Made by a program: the position numbers and the translations under genes. The notes beneath the pieces are model-generated. The model did not search any database, was not told the origin of the DNA, and worked only from the letters and a program-made list of their open reading frames with translations. From a bacterium (lineage in GTDB: Bacteria > Zhuqueibacterota > Zhuqueibacteria > Zhuqueibacterales > Zhuqueibacteraceae), in assembly GCA_044869275.1 (NCBI GenBank), contig JBIOXB010000187.1:1-43906 (forward strand): DNA of 43,906 nt. The letters run 5' to 3'. Position 1 is the stretch's first letter, and the number at the start of each line of letters is the position of its first letter. Below, piece after piece: positions 1 through 8,807 of this stretch.

Positions 1-75
1 GATCAACTTTATCGCAATATTCAGATTGGTCTTGAAGCGTTGTGTGTGGACTACGGCCTGAAACACGCCGCTTAA
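1..75 (+). CDS. 3' end of an upstream CDS (partial), product unknown
   Basis: Frame 1 reads DQLYRNIQIGLEALCVDYGLKHAA then TAA at 73-75, open from the window edge; too short to assign. Confidence 0.4.
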   Translation, partial: DQLYRNIQIGLEALCVDYGLKHAA

Positions 76-167
76 AAATGACAAAGAACTTTCAGAATTT
101 TATTCTGTGTTTGAATAGTTAATCGCCATAACAGTCAATGATCTGCCGGCAGCTTCGCTGCGTGCAG

Positions 168-196
168 TAGACAAGATTGAAAACTAACGCCACAAT
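168..196 (+). promoter_or_regulatory. Possible sigma70-type promoter for the OmpA-family gene
   Basis: TAGACA (168-173), 17-nt spacer, CACAAT (191-196); SD AGGAGG at 224-229 precedes ATG 237. Confidence 0.35.
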
Positions 197-236
197 GCCA
201 TCAAAGACTCACAAACCATGCCCAGGAGGATGAACC

Positions 237-1436
237 ATGAGGATCGGCTTTCGATTCGCAAGCGCGCTCGCGATCGTTACCGCGATCATTTGCGCGAACA
301 TTTGTGCAACTCCGGTTTGGGCGCAGACCAAGCAACGCGACGCGCAAGCCTCCACCGACGGCGTGCGCGCCAAATTGTTCGAAGAAGCGGACGCGGCGAT
401 GCAAATCGCCCGGGAAGAAGACGCGGCCATTCTCGCGCCTAACGCCTTCGCCTCTGGATTGCTCAGTTACCAGCAGGCCGGGAATAAATTCCAGCAGGGC
501 GGAAAACTGGAAGAGATTCGCGCGCACGTGAACGAGGCGACACAGCATTTTCAACAGGCGCTGGCGGCCGCGCAATGGGCGGGCCATACTTTCATCCTGA
601 CGCTGACTGCCCGCGACGATGCGCGTCACGCGCAAGCACCGACTTACGCTCCCGAATTGTGGCAGCAAACCGAAGCCAAAATGCAAAAGGCCGCGCGCGC
701 CCTGGAAGAAGGCCATCTCAAAAGCGCTTTGAAGCAGGCGCCAGCAATCGAGAAACAATATCGCCAGGCCGAGCTTATTGCCATTCAAAAACATGCGCGC
801 CCGGATTGGCGGGAGTTATCCCAATCCCTGGATGAACAACGCGATGACCTCGCCACGTTGAAACAGGATTTCGATTCAAGCTCCGCACGCGTCAATACCC
901 TACAACAGCAGGTGAAGGCTTTGGAAAACACCCTGACTGGCGGTCGCACCACGGCCCCGGCGCAAACCACGGTGCGTCAAACGGCACAAGCGAAAGTCGA
1001 AATCGATGCCGCATTGCAGGCTTATTTTTCCAGAGATGAAGCCCTGGTTTTGCGAAAAGATGGCGGCCTCATCATACGGCTCTTCGATATCGACTTTTTT
1101 GCGAATACGCCGAGATTGTCGAGCGCCGGCGCGGGAGCCTTGTCGAAGGTGAGAGATATTCTCAGAAGATTTCCGCGTGGAAGCGTTGCGGTGGCGGGGC
1201 ATGTCTATTCGGCGGGGAATCAACGGGAGAATCTGAGAATTTCGCGCGAGCGCGCGGAGTCGGTCAAACGTTATTTGATGGAGAATCTCGCTGTCCCGCT
1301 GCCGCTCGTGGCGATTGGCTACGGCGACACCGCTCCGATTCCGAAAGGTGAACTACTCGACGGACCGGTCAAAAATGAGCGGCTTGACGTTCTGGTGGAG
1401 TTTGCGCCGAGCGCGATGAGTTATTCGTACAGATGA
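237..1436 (+). CDS. Exported OmpA-family protein (signal peptide, helical DUF4398-like repeats/coiled coil, C-terminal OmpA-like domain)
   Basis: Hydrophobic N-terminus with VWA-Q cleavage-like site; two A..A.A..(L/Y)AP helical repeats; C-terminal IDF..., VAVAGH, NLRISRERAESVKRYL and AIGYGDTAPI motifs; AGGAGG SD. Confidence 0.85.
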   Translation: MRIGFRFASALAIVTAIICANICATPVWAQTKQRDAQASTDGVRAKLFEEADAAMQIAREEDAAILAPNAFASGLLSYQQAGNKFQQGGKLEEIRAHVNEATQHFQQALAAAQWAGHTFILTLTARDDARHAQAPTYAPELWQQTEAKMQKAARALEEGHLKSALKQAPAIEKQYRQAELIAIQKHARPDWRELSQSLDEQRDDLATLKQDFDSSSARVNTLQQQVKALENTLTGGRTTAPAQTTVRQTAQAKVEIDAALQAYFSRDEALVLRKDGGLIIRLFDIDFFANTPRLSSAGAGALSKVRDILRRFPRGSVAVAGHVYSAGNQRENLRISRERAESVKRYLMENLAVPLPLVAIGYGDTAPIPKGELLDGPVKNERLDVLVEFAPSAMSYSYR

Positions 1437-1442
1437 GGAAGG

Positions 1443-1477
1443 GCGGCGCGTTTTCTTTCAAAGCGCGCCGCTTTTTT
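1443..1477 (+). terminator. Intrinsic terminator after the OmpA-family gene
   Basis: GCGGCGCGTTTT / AAAGCGCGCCGC stem followed by TTTTTT; lies between convergent genes. Confidence 0.8.
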
Positions 1478-2537
1478 ATTTCGATGGTCTTTCAATCCGC
1501 GCGCTGATATAATCCCCGCATGCGCGCGTGCCAAGATTTCCTCCGATATCCGCTGTGACTTGGTTTTGATCCACCGCCTGTTGCACTGCTTGCGTGATGG
1601 ACTCGGCGGCCTGGGTGTGGCCGAGATAATCGAGCATCATGCCTGCGGTTAAAATGGCGGCGATCGGATTGGCCTTGTTCTTTCCCGCCATGTAGGGCGC
1701 GGAGCCATGCACCGGTTCAAACAAAGAAACCTGGCCGGGATGGATATTTCCCGATGCGGCCATACCCAGGCCGCCCTGCAGCATCGCGCCGAGGTCGGTA
1801 ATGATATCCCCCAGCATATTTTCCGTTACGATGACCTCAAACTGCTCCGGCGATTTGACCATCTTCATGACCAGCGCATCCACAAAGTAGTGATCCTTCT
1901 CGATGCCGGGATACTCGGCGCTCACTTCAGCAAACGCGCGCTGCCATAAATCGTGCCCGAAGCGCAAAACGTTGGATTTGTCGCTCATGGTCACGCGCTT
2001 GCGCTGGTGCGTTTGCGCGTATTCAAACGCGGCGCGAATGACGCGTTCCACGCCCTTGCGCGTATGAATCGCTTCCTGCGTGGCGACTTCATCCGCCGTG
2101 CCTTTTTTCAGAATGCCGCCTGCGCCCACGTAAGGGCCCTCCGTGTTCTCACGCAAGACCACGAAATCGACATCGGCTTTGGTTTTATCCTTGAGCGGGC
2201 ACAAACGCTCGTGCAGCAGTTGCACCGGCCGCAAATTGATGTAGAGATCCAATTCGAAACGCATCGCCAGCAAAATCTCGCGGCCGTGGCGCATGTCGGG
2301 GATGCGCGGATCGCCCAAGGCGCCCAAATAGATGGCGGCATAGTTTTTCCGAAAATCTTCCATCTGCCCCGCCGGCAGGCCCACGCCGGTCTTCAAAAAA
2401 TATTCCGCGCCGTATTCGAATTCGACCAGATCCAAGCCCAGGCGGAATTTTTGGTCGGCGGCGCGCAGTACTTTCACCGCTTCCTGCGTGACCTCGATGC
2501 CAATGCCGTCGCCGGCAATGATTGCGATTCTCTGCAT
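1476..2537 (-). CDS. leuB: 3-isopropylmalate dehydrogenase / isocitrate-isopropylmalate-tartrate dehydrogenase family
   Basis: GDGIGIEV, DLYINLRP, RENTEG, DKSNV, ENMLGDIITD and FEPVHGSAP motifs. The family is certain; the substrate is not, and no leuC/leuD is nearby. Confidence 0.75.
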   Translation of the reverse strand: MQRIAIIAGDGIGIEVTQEAVKVLRAADQKFRLGLDLVEFEYGAEYFLKTGVGLPAGQMEDFRKNYAAIYLGALGDPRIPDMRHGREILLAMRFELDLYINLRPVQLLHERLCPLKDKTKADVDFVVLRENTEGPYVGAGGILKKGTADEVATQEAIHTRKGVERVIRAAFEYAQTHQRKRVTMSDKSNVLRFGHDLWQRAFAEVSAEYPGIEKDHYFVDALVMKMVKSPEQFEVIVTENMLGDIITDLGAMLQGGLGMAASGNIHPGQVSLFEPVHGSAPYMAGKNKANPIAAILTAGMMLDYLGHTQAAESITQAVQQAVDQNQVTADIGGNLGTRACGDYISARIERPSK

Positions 2538-2562
2538 GCTCTCCCTTGGTTTGAAGACAACG

Positions 2563-3546
2563 CTACGGTTGCGCCGCGGGCTTGGGATGCTTATCCACTT
2601 CGTTTCGAATCGGCTTGACCGTGCGCAAATAACTATAGATCGCGCTCAAATCTGCTTCGGTCATACCGGCGTACGTCGTCCAGGGCATGACGGTATTGCC
2701 TTCGCCTTTGGCCACCGGAATGTGCGCGTTGGTGGAATCCGTATACTCTTTGAAGCGAGAGACGAAGTAGGCTTTGTCCCACGCGCCAATGCCGGTGTCG
2801 TTCTCCGGTGTAATATTGGCGGTGCGCACGGCCTCGCCCCAGGGAAAACGAAATTCCTGGCCACCGGCAAAATTCCTCCCGGGCAATAGCTGGCCTTTGT
2901 CATCGACGGGGGTGTGGCAAAACTGGCAACCGGCAACAATATTCAAATACTTTCCGTAGGCAAGCGTATCGGCCGGTGAGGGGTGCGGCTTTGGTTCATA
3001 GGGCTTGGGAATGGTGCGCACGATCAGATTCAACGGAAAGTTGAGTTTAGACTTCGGCACTTCGTTCGCAATCGCGGGCAGGGTGCGCAAGTAAGCGACG
3101 ATGGCCTGGGCGTCTGGCTCGGAGAGTTGCGAGTAAATGGGGTAGGGCATGATCGGAAAAAGCGGCTCGCCGTCCTTCCTGACGCCCGAGGTCATCGCGC
3201 GCAGGATTTCGCCGTCGCTCCAATCGCCGAGAGCCGCAGGCGTGATGTTCGGGGGATAAAGCGTGCCGATGGTTTCGACGAATTCCATTCCGCCTTTCCC
3301 TTCGGTGCCTGGCACCAACGGGCCGGAGAAATAATCGAAGTTGCGCGTGGAGTGACAATCAATGCATACGGTGACGTGGTTCGCCAAATACTCTCCGCGC
3401 GCCAGCATCGCGGGCGTGGGCTGAAGCTTGAGCTCCGGCGCCTTGCCCGCGCGAGGAAAAGCGGCGTGGAGATAAATAAAACCGGCGAGGCCCAACAACA
3501 ACACCAAACCAACGGCTCCACCGACGACCTTCAAAGCGGTTTTCAT
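2563..3546 (-). CDS. Membrane-anchored/exported diheme cytochrome c
   Basis: CIDCH and CQFCH heme motifs; PNITP/ANITP; candidate Met ligands PIMPY and VMPW; N-terminal hydrophobic helix. Start moved to ATG 3546 (AGGAGG upstream). Confidence 0.88.
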   Translation of the reverse strand: MKTALKVVGGAVGLVLLLGLAGFIYLHAAFPRAGKAPELKLQPTPAMLARGEYLANHVTVCIDCHSTRNFDYFSGPLVPGTEGKGGMEFVETIGTLYPPNITPAALGDWSDGEILRAMTSGVRKDGEPLFPIMPYPIYSQLSEPDAQAIVAYLRTLPAIANEVPKSKLNFPLNLIVRTIPKPYEPKPHPSPADTLAYGKYLNIVAGCQFCHTPVDDKGQLLPGRNFAGGQEFRFPWGEAVRTANITPENDTGIGAWDKAYFVSRFKEYTDSTNAHIPVAKGEGNTVMPWTTYAGMTEADLSAIYSYLRTVKPIRNEVDKHPKPAAQP

Positions 3547-3656
3547 ACCTTCTCCTCCTGCACGCAGTGGCACAACCACGATGCGCGACTCTAATTCTTG
3601 AACACTTACTCACCGCAACCGCATGGCCATAGGCGTGTCGGCACACGGCCCGGAGA

Positions 3657-4289
3657 CTAAACCAAAAAAGGATTATGCCTGCGCTCGAAACCGATCGTGG
3701 TGGTTTCGCCATGCCCGGGCAGAACCACGACCGCGTCGTCGAGCGGCAGCAGCTTCTCACGAATCGCGCGCAGCAAAGCTTCATGAGAGCCGCCGGGCAG
3801 ATCGGTGCGGCCAATCGATCCGAAAAACAACACGTCACCGGCGACGGCGAGGGTTTCACTCAACAGCACGATGCTCCCCGGTGAGTGACCGGGCGCGTGG
3901 CGAACGCGCATGCATTGATTTCCAAAAGTAATTTCATCGCCTTCGTTCAAATAACCGTCAACCCGCGGCGGCGTGTGCGCGGGCAGCGGCAGGCCCAGCA
4001 TCGCGGCTTGCTTGCCGATATTTTGCAGCAAATACAAGTCATCTTGATGCATGAAGAGCTTCAAGTTGAACCGCGCCTGCGCCTCCTGCGCATGCAGCAC
4101 GTGATCGAGATGCGCATGCGTGAGCACGATATATTCGAGCTGAACTTTTTGGCGCTCGACTTCAGCGGCGAGGCGATCGATTTCATCGCCGGGGTCGATC
4201 AAAACGCCTTTTTGCGTTTCCTCACACCAGAGCATGTAGGCGTTCATCGCAAACGGCCCGACGGTGATCATTTTCCATTTCAATGCCAT
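3657..4289 (-). CDS. MBL-fold metallo-hydrolase (glyoxalase II / YcbL-like)
   Basis: THAHLDH, PGHSPG, GDVLF, GRTDLPGG, PGHG and ERRHNPF motifs. Confidence 0.92.
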   Translation of the reverse strand: MALKWKMITVGPFAMNAYMLWCEETQKGVLIDPGDEIDRLAAEVERQKVQLEYIVLTHAHLDHVLHAQEAQARFNLKLFMHQDDLYLLQNIGKQAAMLGLPLPAHTPPRVDGYLNEGDEITFGNQCMRVRHAPGHSPGSIVLLSETLAVAGDVLFFGSIGRTDLPGGSHEALLRAIREKLLPLDDAVVVLPGHGETTTIGFERRHNPFLV

Positions 4290-5113
4290 TTTTCCGCGGA
4301 CTTTTGCAGCAAGTCGACCTGTTCCTGGGAGACGGTATACTGTCCGAGCTTTTCTTCACCTTTGCGACCGCCGTGAAAATCCGAGCCGCCGGTGCGCAGC
4401 AGACCGAAATCCGAGGCAATATTTTCGAATCGCCGGCGTTGCGTGGGCGTATGCTTGGGGTGAATCGTCTCGATGGCATCGACGCCCGCCTTGACCACGT
4501 CCAGCACCACTTCGAGCGTCAGATTTTGCCCGGGATGCGCCAGGCTCGCGATGCCGCCGGTCTGGTGAATGATGTGGACGGCCTCACTTGGAAGGATTTT
4601 GGTCTTGGGCTCGAATGCCGGCCGGCCCTCGGCCAGAAAAGAATCAAATGCGTCCTGAAAAGAACGCACCAAGCCTTCTTGCACCATGGCCTCGGCAATA
4701 TGCGGCCGGCCCATGCAGCCCTCGCCGGCCTGCTGCGCGACGACGTCGAAGGGCAGCCGCACACCGAGATGCTCGAGCTTTTTCAAAATACGCTGGGTGC
4801 GGCTCACCCGCTCGACGCGCAAATACTCCAGCATCTCGAGCAAATGTGCGTGGCGATGATCGATGAAATAGCCGAGAATATGCACGTCGAAGCCGCCCTG
4901 CATCGCGCTCAATTCCACGCCGGGGATAATGGCGACTTCGAGCTCGGCGCCTTTGGCTTGCGCCCGATCCAGCGCGCCGACTTCGTCGTGATCGGTGATG
5001 CCGATGGCCGTGAGTTTCTTGCTCTTCGCCAAAGCCACCAACGCTTCCGGCGAGTGCTGGCCATCGGAAAGCGCCGTGTGGGTGTGCAAATCAATCCGGC
5101 CGTTGGGGTTCAT
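4280..5113 (-). CDS. PHP-domain phosphoesterase (TrpH/YciV-like)
   Basis: DLHTHT..SDG, ITDHD, GVELS, HILGY, GRPHIA, LAHP and GGSDFHG motifs. Confidence 0.92.
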   Translation of the reverse strand: MNPNGRIDLHTHTALSDGQHSPEALVALAKSKKLTAIGITDHDEVGALDRAQAKGAELEVAIIPGVELSAMQGGFDVHILGYFIDHRHAHLLEMLEYLRVERVSRTQRILKKLEHLGVRLPFDVVAQQAGEGCMGRPHIAEAMVQEGLVRSFQDAFDSFLAEGRPAFEPKTKILPSEAVHIIHQTGGIASLAHPGQNLTLEVVLDVVKAGVDAIETIHPKHTPTQRRRFENIASDFGLLRTGGSDFHGGRKGEEKLGQYTVSQEQVDLLQKSAEKWH

Positions 5114-5119
5114 ACGCTT

Positions 5120-5674
5120 TCACACCTTCGGCAGGGTGACACCCACCTGCCCCTGGTATTTGCCGCGCTTATCCGCGTAAGTCGTCAGGCATTGTTCGTC
5201 ACTTTCAAAAAACAGGATTTGCGCAATGCCTTCGTTGGCATAAATTTTCGCCGGTAGCGGCGTGGTATTTGAGATTTCCAGCGTGACGTATCCTTCCCAG
5301 CCCGGCTCCAGCGGCGTGACATTGGTGATGATGCCACAGCGCGCGTAAGTCGATTTGCCGACGCAGATCGTCATGACGTTGCGCGGGATGCGAAAGTACT
5401 CCACCGTGCGACCCAGCGCGAAGCTGTTGGGCGGAATGATGCAGACTTCGCCTCGATAATCGACGAAAGATTTGGGATCGAAAAACTTGGGGTCAACCAT
5501 GGCGCCGAAGACATTCGTAAAAATCTTGAATTCATCGGCAATGCGCACGTCATAACCGTAAGAAGACAGGCCAAAAGAAATGACGTTGTCGCGTTTTTGT
5601 TTATCGACGTAAGGTTCGATCATTTTTTGTTCCAGCGCCATGCGCTGGATCCAACGATCGGCTTTGATGCTCAT
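5120..5674 (-). CDS. dcd: dCTP deaminase
   Basis: [37 protein letters not shown] and GKYQGQ motifs. Confidence 0.97.
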   Translation of the reverse strand: MSIKADRWIQRMALEQKMIEPYVDKQKRDNVISFGLSSYGYDVRIADEFKIFTNVFGAMVDPKFFDPKSFVDYRGEVCIIPPNSFALGRTVEYFRIPRNVMTICVGKSTYARCGIITNVTPLEPGWEGYVTLEISNTTPLPAKIYANEGIAQILFFESDEQCLTTYADKRGKYQGQVGVTLPKV

Positions 5675-5705
5675 GCAGTTTCTCCATTCTCATCATTTTT
5701 CTGAT

Positions 5706-5744
5706 TCAGCCTGTGTGAAATCGCCTGGTTGCAACGCAGGCTGA
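5706..5744. other. Intergenic hairpin between tatC and dcd
   Basis: TCAGCCTGTGT (5706-5716) pairs with ACGCAGGCTGA (5734-5744); 11 bp with one G.T on the + strand. Confidence 0.55.
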
Positions 5745-5764
5745 GCTTGCGCAATCTGGAAAAC

Positions 5765-6601
5765 TCAATTCGTTGCGACTTTTTCCGCGATCGCTTTCTT
5801 CATCTCCACCGGCAGAGCGATTTTTGAAACCCAGATGCTGATCTCATAAAGCACCAGCAGCGGCACCGCCAGCAGGATTTGCGTGAACGCGTCCACCGAA
5901 GGCGTCACCACCGCCGCAACGATGAAAATGACGACGACGCCGTATTGCCGTTTTTGGCGTAAAAATTCCGGCGTGAGCAGCCCCAGCTTGGTGAGAAAAA
6001 AGGCCAGCACCGGCATTTCAAAAACCAAGCCGAACACCAGGATCAAAGTCGTCACCAAACCGAAGTACTCTTCGATGGAAATCATGGGCACGAGCGTGGG
6101 CGTTTGAAACCCGAGCAGGAAACCCAGGCCATACTTCAGCACCACGAAATAACAAAACGACGCGCCCGCGAGAAAACACAGGGTGGTGAAAAACACGATG
6201 AGCGGTGCCGCGCGGCGCTCGTTCGCCATCAGGCCCGGCGCGATGAATTTCCACAACTGATAAAAGATCGCGGGCAGGCTGGCGATGAGGCCCACGGTGA
6301 ACGCCAGCTTGATATAAATCATGAATCCGCCGGTGGGATTTAAGAAAACCAGGCGCGGGGCGTTTTGTCCGCTCAGCTCCGGATTCTCCTTGATGACGAC
6401 TTCCACCGCTTCATTATAGGGCCGCACCAGCCACGCAAAGATTTCATCAATATAAACGAAGCTGATGATCGAAAAAATCACCAGTGCGATCAGCGACTTG
6501 AAAATGCGCCAGCGCAGCTCCTCCAAGTGCTCGAGGAACGGCATTTCTTTTTCTTCCCGATGCCGGCGAGAGGGCCCGGGGTTTTGGGTTTGCTCGTTCA
6601 T
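5765..6601 (-). CDS. tatC: Twin-arginine translocase subunit TatC
   Basis: EMPFLEHLEELRWR, YQLWKFIAPGL, FGLVFEMP, AAVVTPSVD and LYEISI motifs; multiple TM segments. Confidence 0.97.
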   Translation of the reverse strand: MNEQTQNPGPSRRHREEKEMPFLEHLEELRWRIFKSLIALVIFSIISFVYIDEIFAWLVRPYNEAVEVVIKENPELSGQNAPRLVFLNPTGGFMIYIKLAFTVGLIASLPAIFYQLWKFIAPGLMANERRAAPLIVFFTTLCFLAGASFCYFVVLKYGLGFLLGFQTPTLVPMISIEEYFGLVTTLILVFGLVFEMPVLAFFLTKLGLLTPEFLRQKRQYGVVVIFIVAAVVTPSVDAFTQILLAVPLLVLYEISIWVSKIALPVEMKKAIAEKVATN

Positions 6602-6620
6602 CCGTCTCCATCATTCCTAC

Positions 6621-6710
6621 AACAAAAAGCAGATAGTGACCGCGCCCGCACGAAAGCTCCGAGTTGACGCCCTCGCGTCCAGGCAGGCAAAGCCGGTCAA
6701 GCTACCTGCT
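6621..6710 (-). terminator. Terminator-like structured element between nrdR and tatC
   Basis: mRNA sense AGCAGGTAGCTTGACCG...CGGTCACTATCTGCT followed by TTTTGTT, with nested inner stems. Confidence 0.55.
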
Positions 6711-6734
6711 GCGCGCAACCACTACGAGGATGTT

Positions 6735-7199
6735 TTAGGCGAAAACCTGGGTCGTCGAAAGCTCCTTCAACTCTTCCAAGAACTCTTCTTTGGCTTGAAA
6801 CTTGCGATACACCGAAGCGAAACGCACGTAGGCCACTTCATCGATGCTGCGCAAACCGTCCATGATCAGCTGGCCGATTTGGCGCGAACTCACTTCCTCG
6901 CGATTGCCGTCGCGCAATTTCGCTTCAATGTCATCGACCAGGGCATTGATGGCCTCCATCGAAACCGGCCTTTTGCTGCAGGCCACTTGAATGCCGCGCA
7001 GGATTTTTTCCCGGCTGAACGGTTCGCGCCGGCCGTCGCCCTTGACCACGATCAGCGGCACTTCTTCAATGTGCTCCTTCGTGGTGAAACGCTTTTGGCA
7101 AGAAAGGCATTCGCGCCGCCGGCGCACCGCACGGCCTTCATTGCTGGTGCGCGAGTCGATCACGCGGCTGTCTTCAAAATTGCAAAAAGGGCAACGCAT
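6735..7199 (-). CDS. nrdR: Transcriptional repressor NrdR
   Basis: MRCPFC, VIDSR, RRRRECLSC..RFTT zinc ribbon; ATP cone; DEVAYVRFASVYRKF. Confidence 0.98.
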   Translation of the reverse strand: MRCPFCNFEDSRVIDSRTSNEGRAVRRRRECLSCQKRFTTKEHIEEVPLIVVKGDGRREPFSREKILRGIQVACSKRPVSMEAINALVDDIEAKLRDGNREEVSSRQIGQLIMDGLRSIDEVAYVRFASVYRKFQAKEEFLEELKELSTTQVFA

Positions 7200-7216
7200 G
7201 CAAGCTGTCCCTTCCG

Positions 7217-8515
7217 TTATGGTGAAAGCAGCTCGGCATATAGCGGAAAGCGATGGCTGAGGTCGAGCACTTGCTGGCGCACACGCTCCGATACCGATTC
7301 ATTGTGGATGTCGGACAAGACTTTGTCGATCAGAAACGCAATTTCGCGCATTTCATTCTCCTTCATTCCCCGCGTGGTCACCGCCGGCGAGCCGATGCGA
7401 ACGCCGCTGCTCACCGCCGGCGGTTGGGGATCGAACGGAATCATGTTCTTGTTCACCGTGATGCCGGATTTTTCCAGCGCCTGCTCCGCCTCTTTGCCGG
7501 TCAGATTGCGGCTGCGCAAATCGAGCAGAAAAACGTGCGTGTCCGTGCCCCCGGAAACGACCTCGTAGCCCAAATCCACCAGCTTCCCGGCCATGGCCTG
7601 GGCATTCTTGATGACCTGTTTGGAATATTGCACAAAATCATCCTGCAGCGCTTCCTTAAATGCGACTGCCTTGGCAGCGATGACGTGCATCAATGGCCCG
7701 CCTTGAAAGCCGGGAAACACGTTCGAGTCGAGGATTTCCGACCATTTTTTCTTGCGGCCCTTGGGTGTGGCCAGACCCAGATCATTTTCCTCGTCTTTGC
7801 CGACGAGAATCATGCCGCCGCGCGGGCCGCGCAGGGTCTTGTGCGTCGTGGTCGTGACCGCGTGACAATAGGGCAGCGGGCTTTGAATGAGCTTGGCGGC
7901 AATCAAGCCGGCGGGATGCGCCATGTCCGCAAGCACTTTTGCCCCCACTTCGTCGGCAATCTCACGAAACGCGGCGTAATCGAATTCGCGCGAGTAGGCG
8001 CTCGCGCCAACCATAATCAGCTTGGGCTTCTCTTTCTTCGCGAGATCGCGCACTTGGTCCATGTCCACGCGATGATTGTCCGGCCGCACGCCGTAAGACA
8101 CCACGCGATAGAGCCGCCCGGAAAAATTTACCGGGCTGCCGTGGGTGAGGTGGCCGCCCTGCGCCAGGCTCATGCCCAAAATAGTGTCGCCCGGATTGAT
8201 AAAAGCAAAGTATGCCGCAATATTGGCTTGGCTGCCGGAATGCGGCTGCACATTTGCATGCTCGGCATTGAACAGGCGGCATGCCCGTTCGCGCGCCAGC
8301 TCTTCGGCTTGATCAACATATTCGCAGCCGCCGTAATAGCGCTTGGCGGGATACCCTTCCGCGTATTTGTTGGTCATGGGCTGGCCCAGCGCTTCCAGCA
8401 CGGCCAGGCTGACGTGATTTTCCGAAGCGATCAATTCCAGCGTTTGATTCTGCCGCTGGATTTCCAATACGATCGTGCGATGAATTTCAGGATCGAATTT
8501 CGCGAGATTCTCCAC
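7217..8515 (-). CDS. glyA: Serine hydroxymethyltransferase
   Basis: [48 protein letters not shown] and QGGPLMH motifs. Start placed at GTG 8515 (AAAGGAG upstream). Confidence 0.98.
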   Translation of the reverse strand: MENLAKFDPEIHRTIVLEIQRQNQTLELIASENHVSLAVLEALGQPMTNKYAEGYPAKRYYGGCEYVDQAEELARERACRLFNAEHANVQPHSGSQANIAAYFAFINPGDTILGMSLAQGGHLTHGSPVNFSGRLYRVVSYGVRPDNHRVDMDQVRDLAKKEKPKLIMVGASAYSREFDYAAFREIADEVGAKVLADMAHPAGLIAAKLIQSPLPYCHAVTTTTHKTLRGPRGGMILVGKDEENDLGLATPKGRKKKWSEILDSNVFPGFQGGPLMHVIAAKAVAFKEALQDDFVQYSKQVIKNAQAMAGKLVDLGYEVVSGGTDTHVFLLDLRSRNLTGKEAEQALEKSGITVNKNMIPFDPQPPAVSSGVRIGSPAVTTRGMKENEMREIAFLIDKVLSDIHNESVSERVRQQVLDLSHRFPLYAELLSP

Positions 8516-8607
8516 GCTTTTCTCCTTTGAGTTGTTCACACCGTCTCCTAGCGCGAATAACCATCTCAAGAAACTTTGACAAGCGTGAACCGGTAAAGCC
8601 GTCCAGA

Positions 8608-8636
8608 AGGTTAATAAACCCGGCCCAAAAAAGCAA
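8608..8636 (-). promoter_or_regulatory. Putative sigma70 promoter of glyA
   Basis: Minus strand TTGCTT (8636-8631), 17-nt spacer, TAACCT (8613-8608), just downstream of a terminator. Confidence 0.5.
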
Positions 8637-8682
8637 GAGGAAGGTCTGATTGAGGCGAGAAGCGTGGCTCCACCAGCCCAAC

Positions 8683-8709
8683 AAAAAGCCCGGCAGGGCC
8701 GGGCTTTTT
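8683..8709. terminator. Bidirectional intrinsic terminator ending the hut/outer-membrane gene run
   Basis: AAAAAGCCCGGC-AGG-GCCGGGCTTTTT perfect inverted repeat. Confidence 0.88.
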
Positions 8710-8807
8710 ATCACGGAAACTTGTGCTTGTTCTCCAGTGCGCGGAGCTCGAAGCGGCGGGGCAACAGCCTGAGATCTCGCCCTTCGTTGGGCGAGGCGCC
8801 AATCCAT

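Noticed and set aside
6621..6710. SRP RNA, tRNA or hammerhead ribozyme
   Set aside because: Lacks the SRP GGAA/AGCAG loop context, the tRNA T-loop/CCA and the CUGAUGA core.
5675..7216. NrdR boxes near nrdR or dcd
   Set aside because: No match to the acaCwAtATaTwGtg-type palindrome seen.
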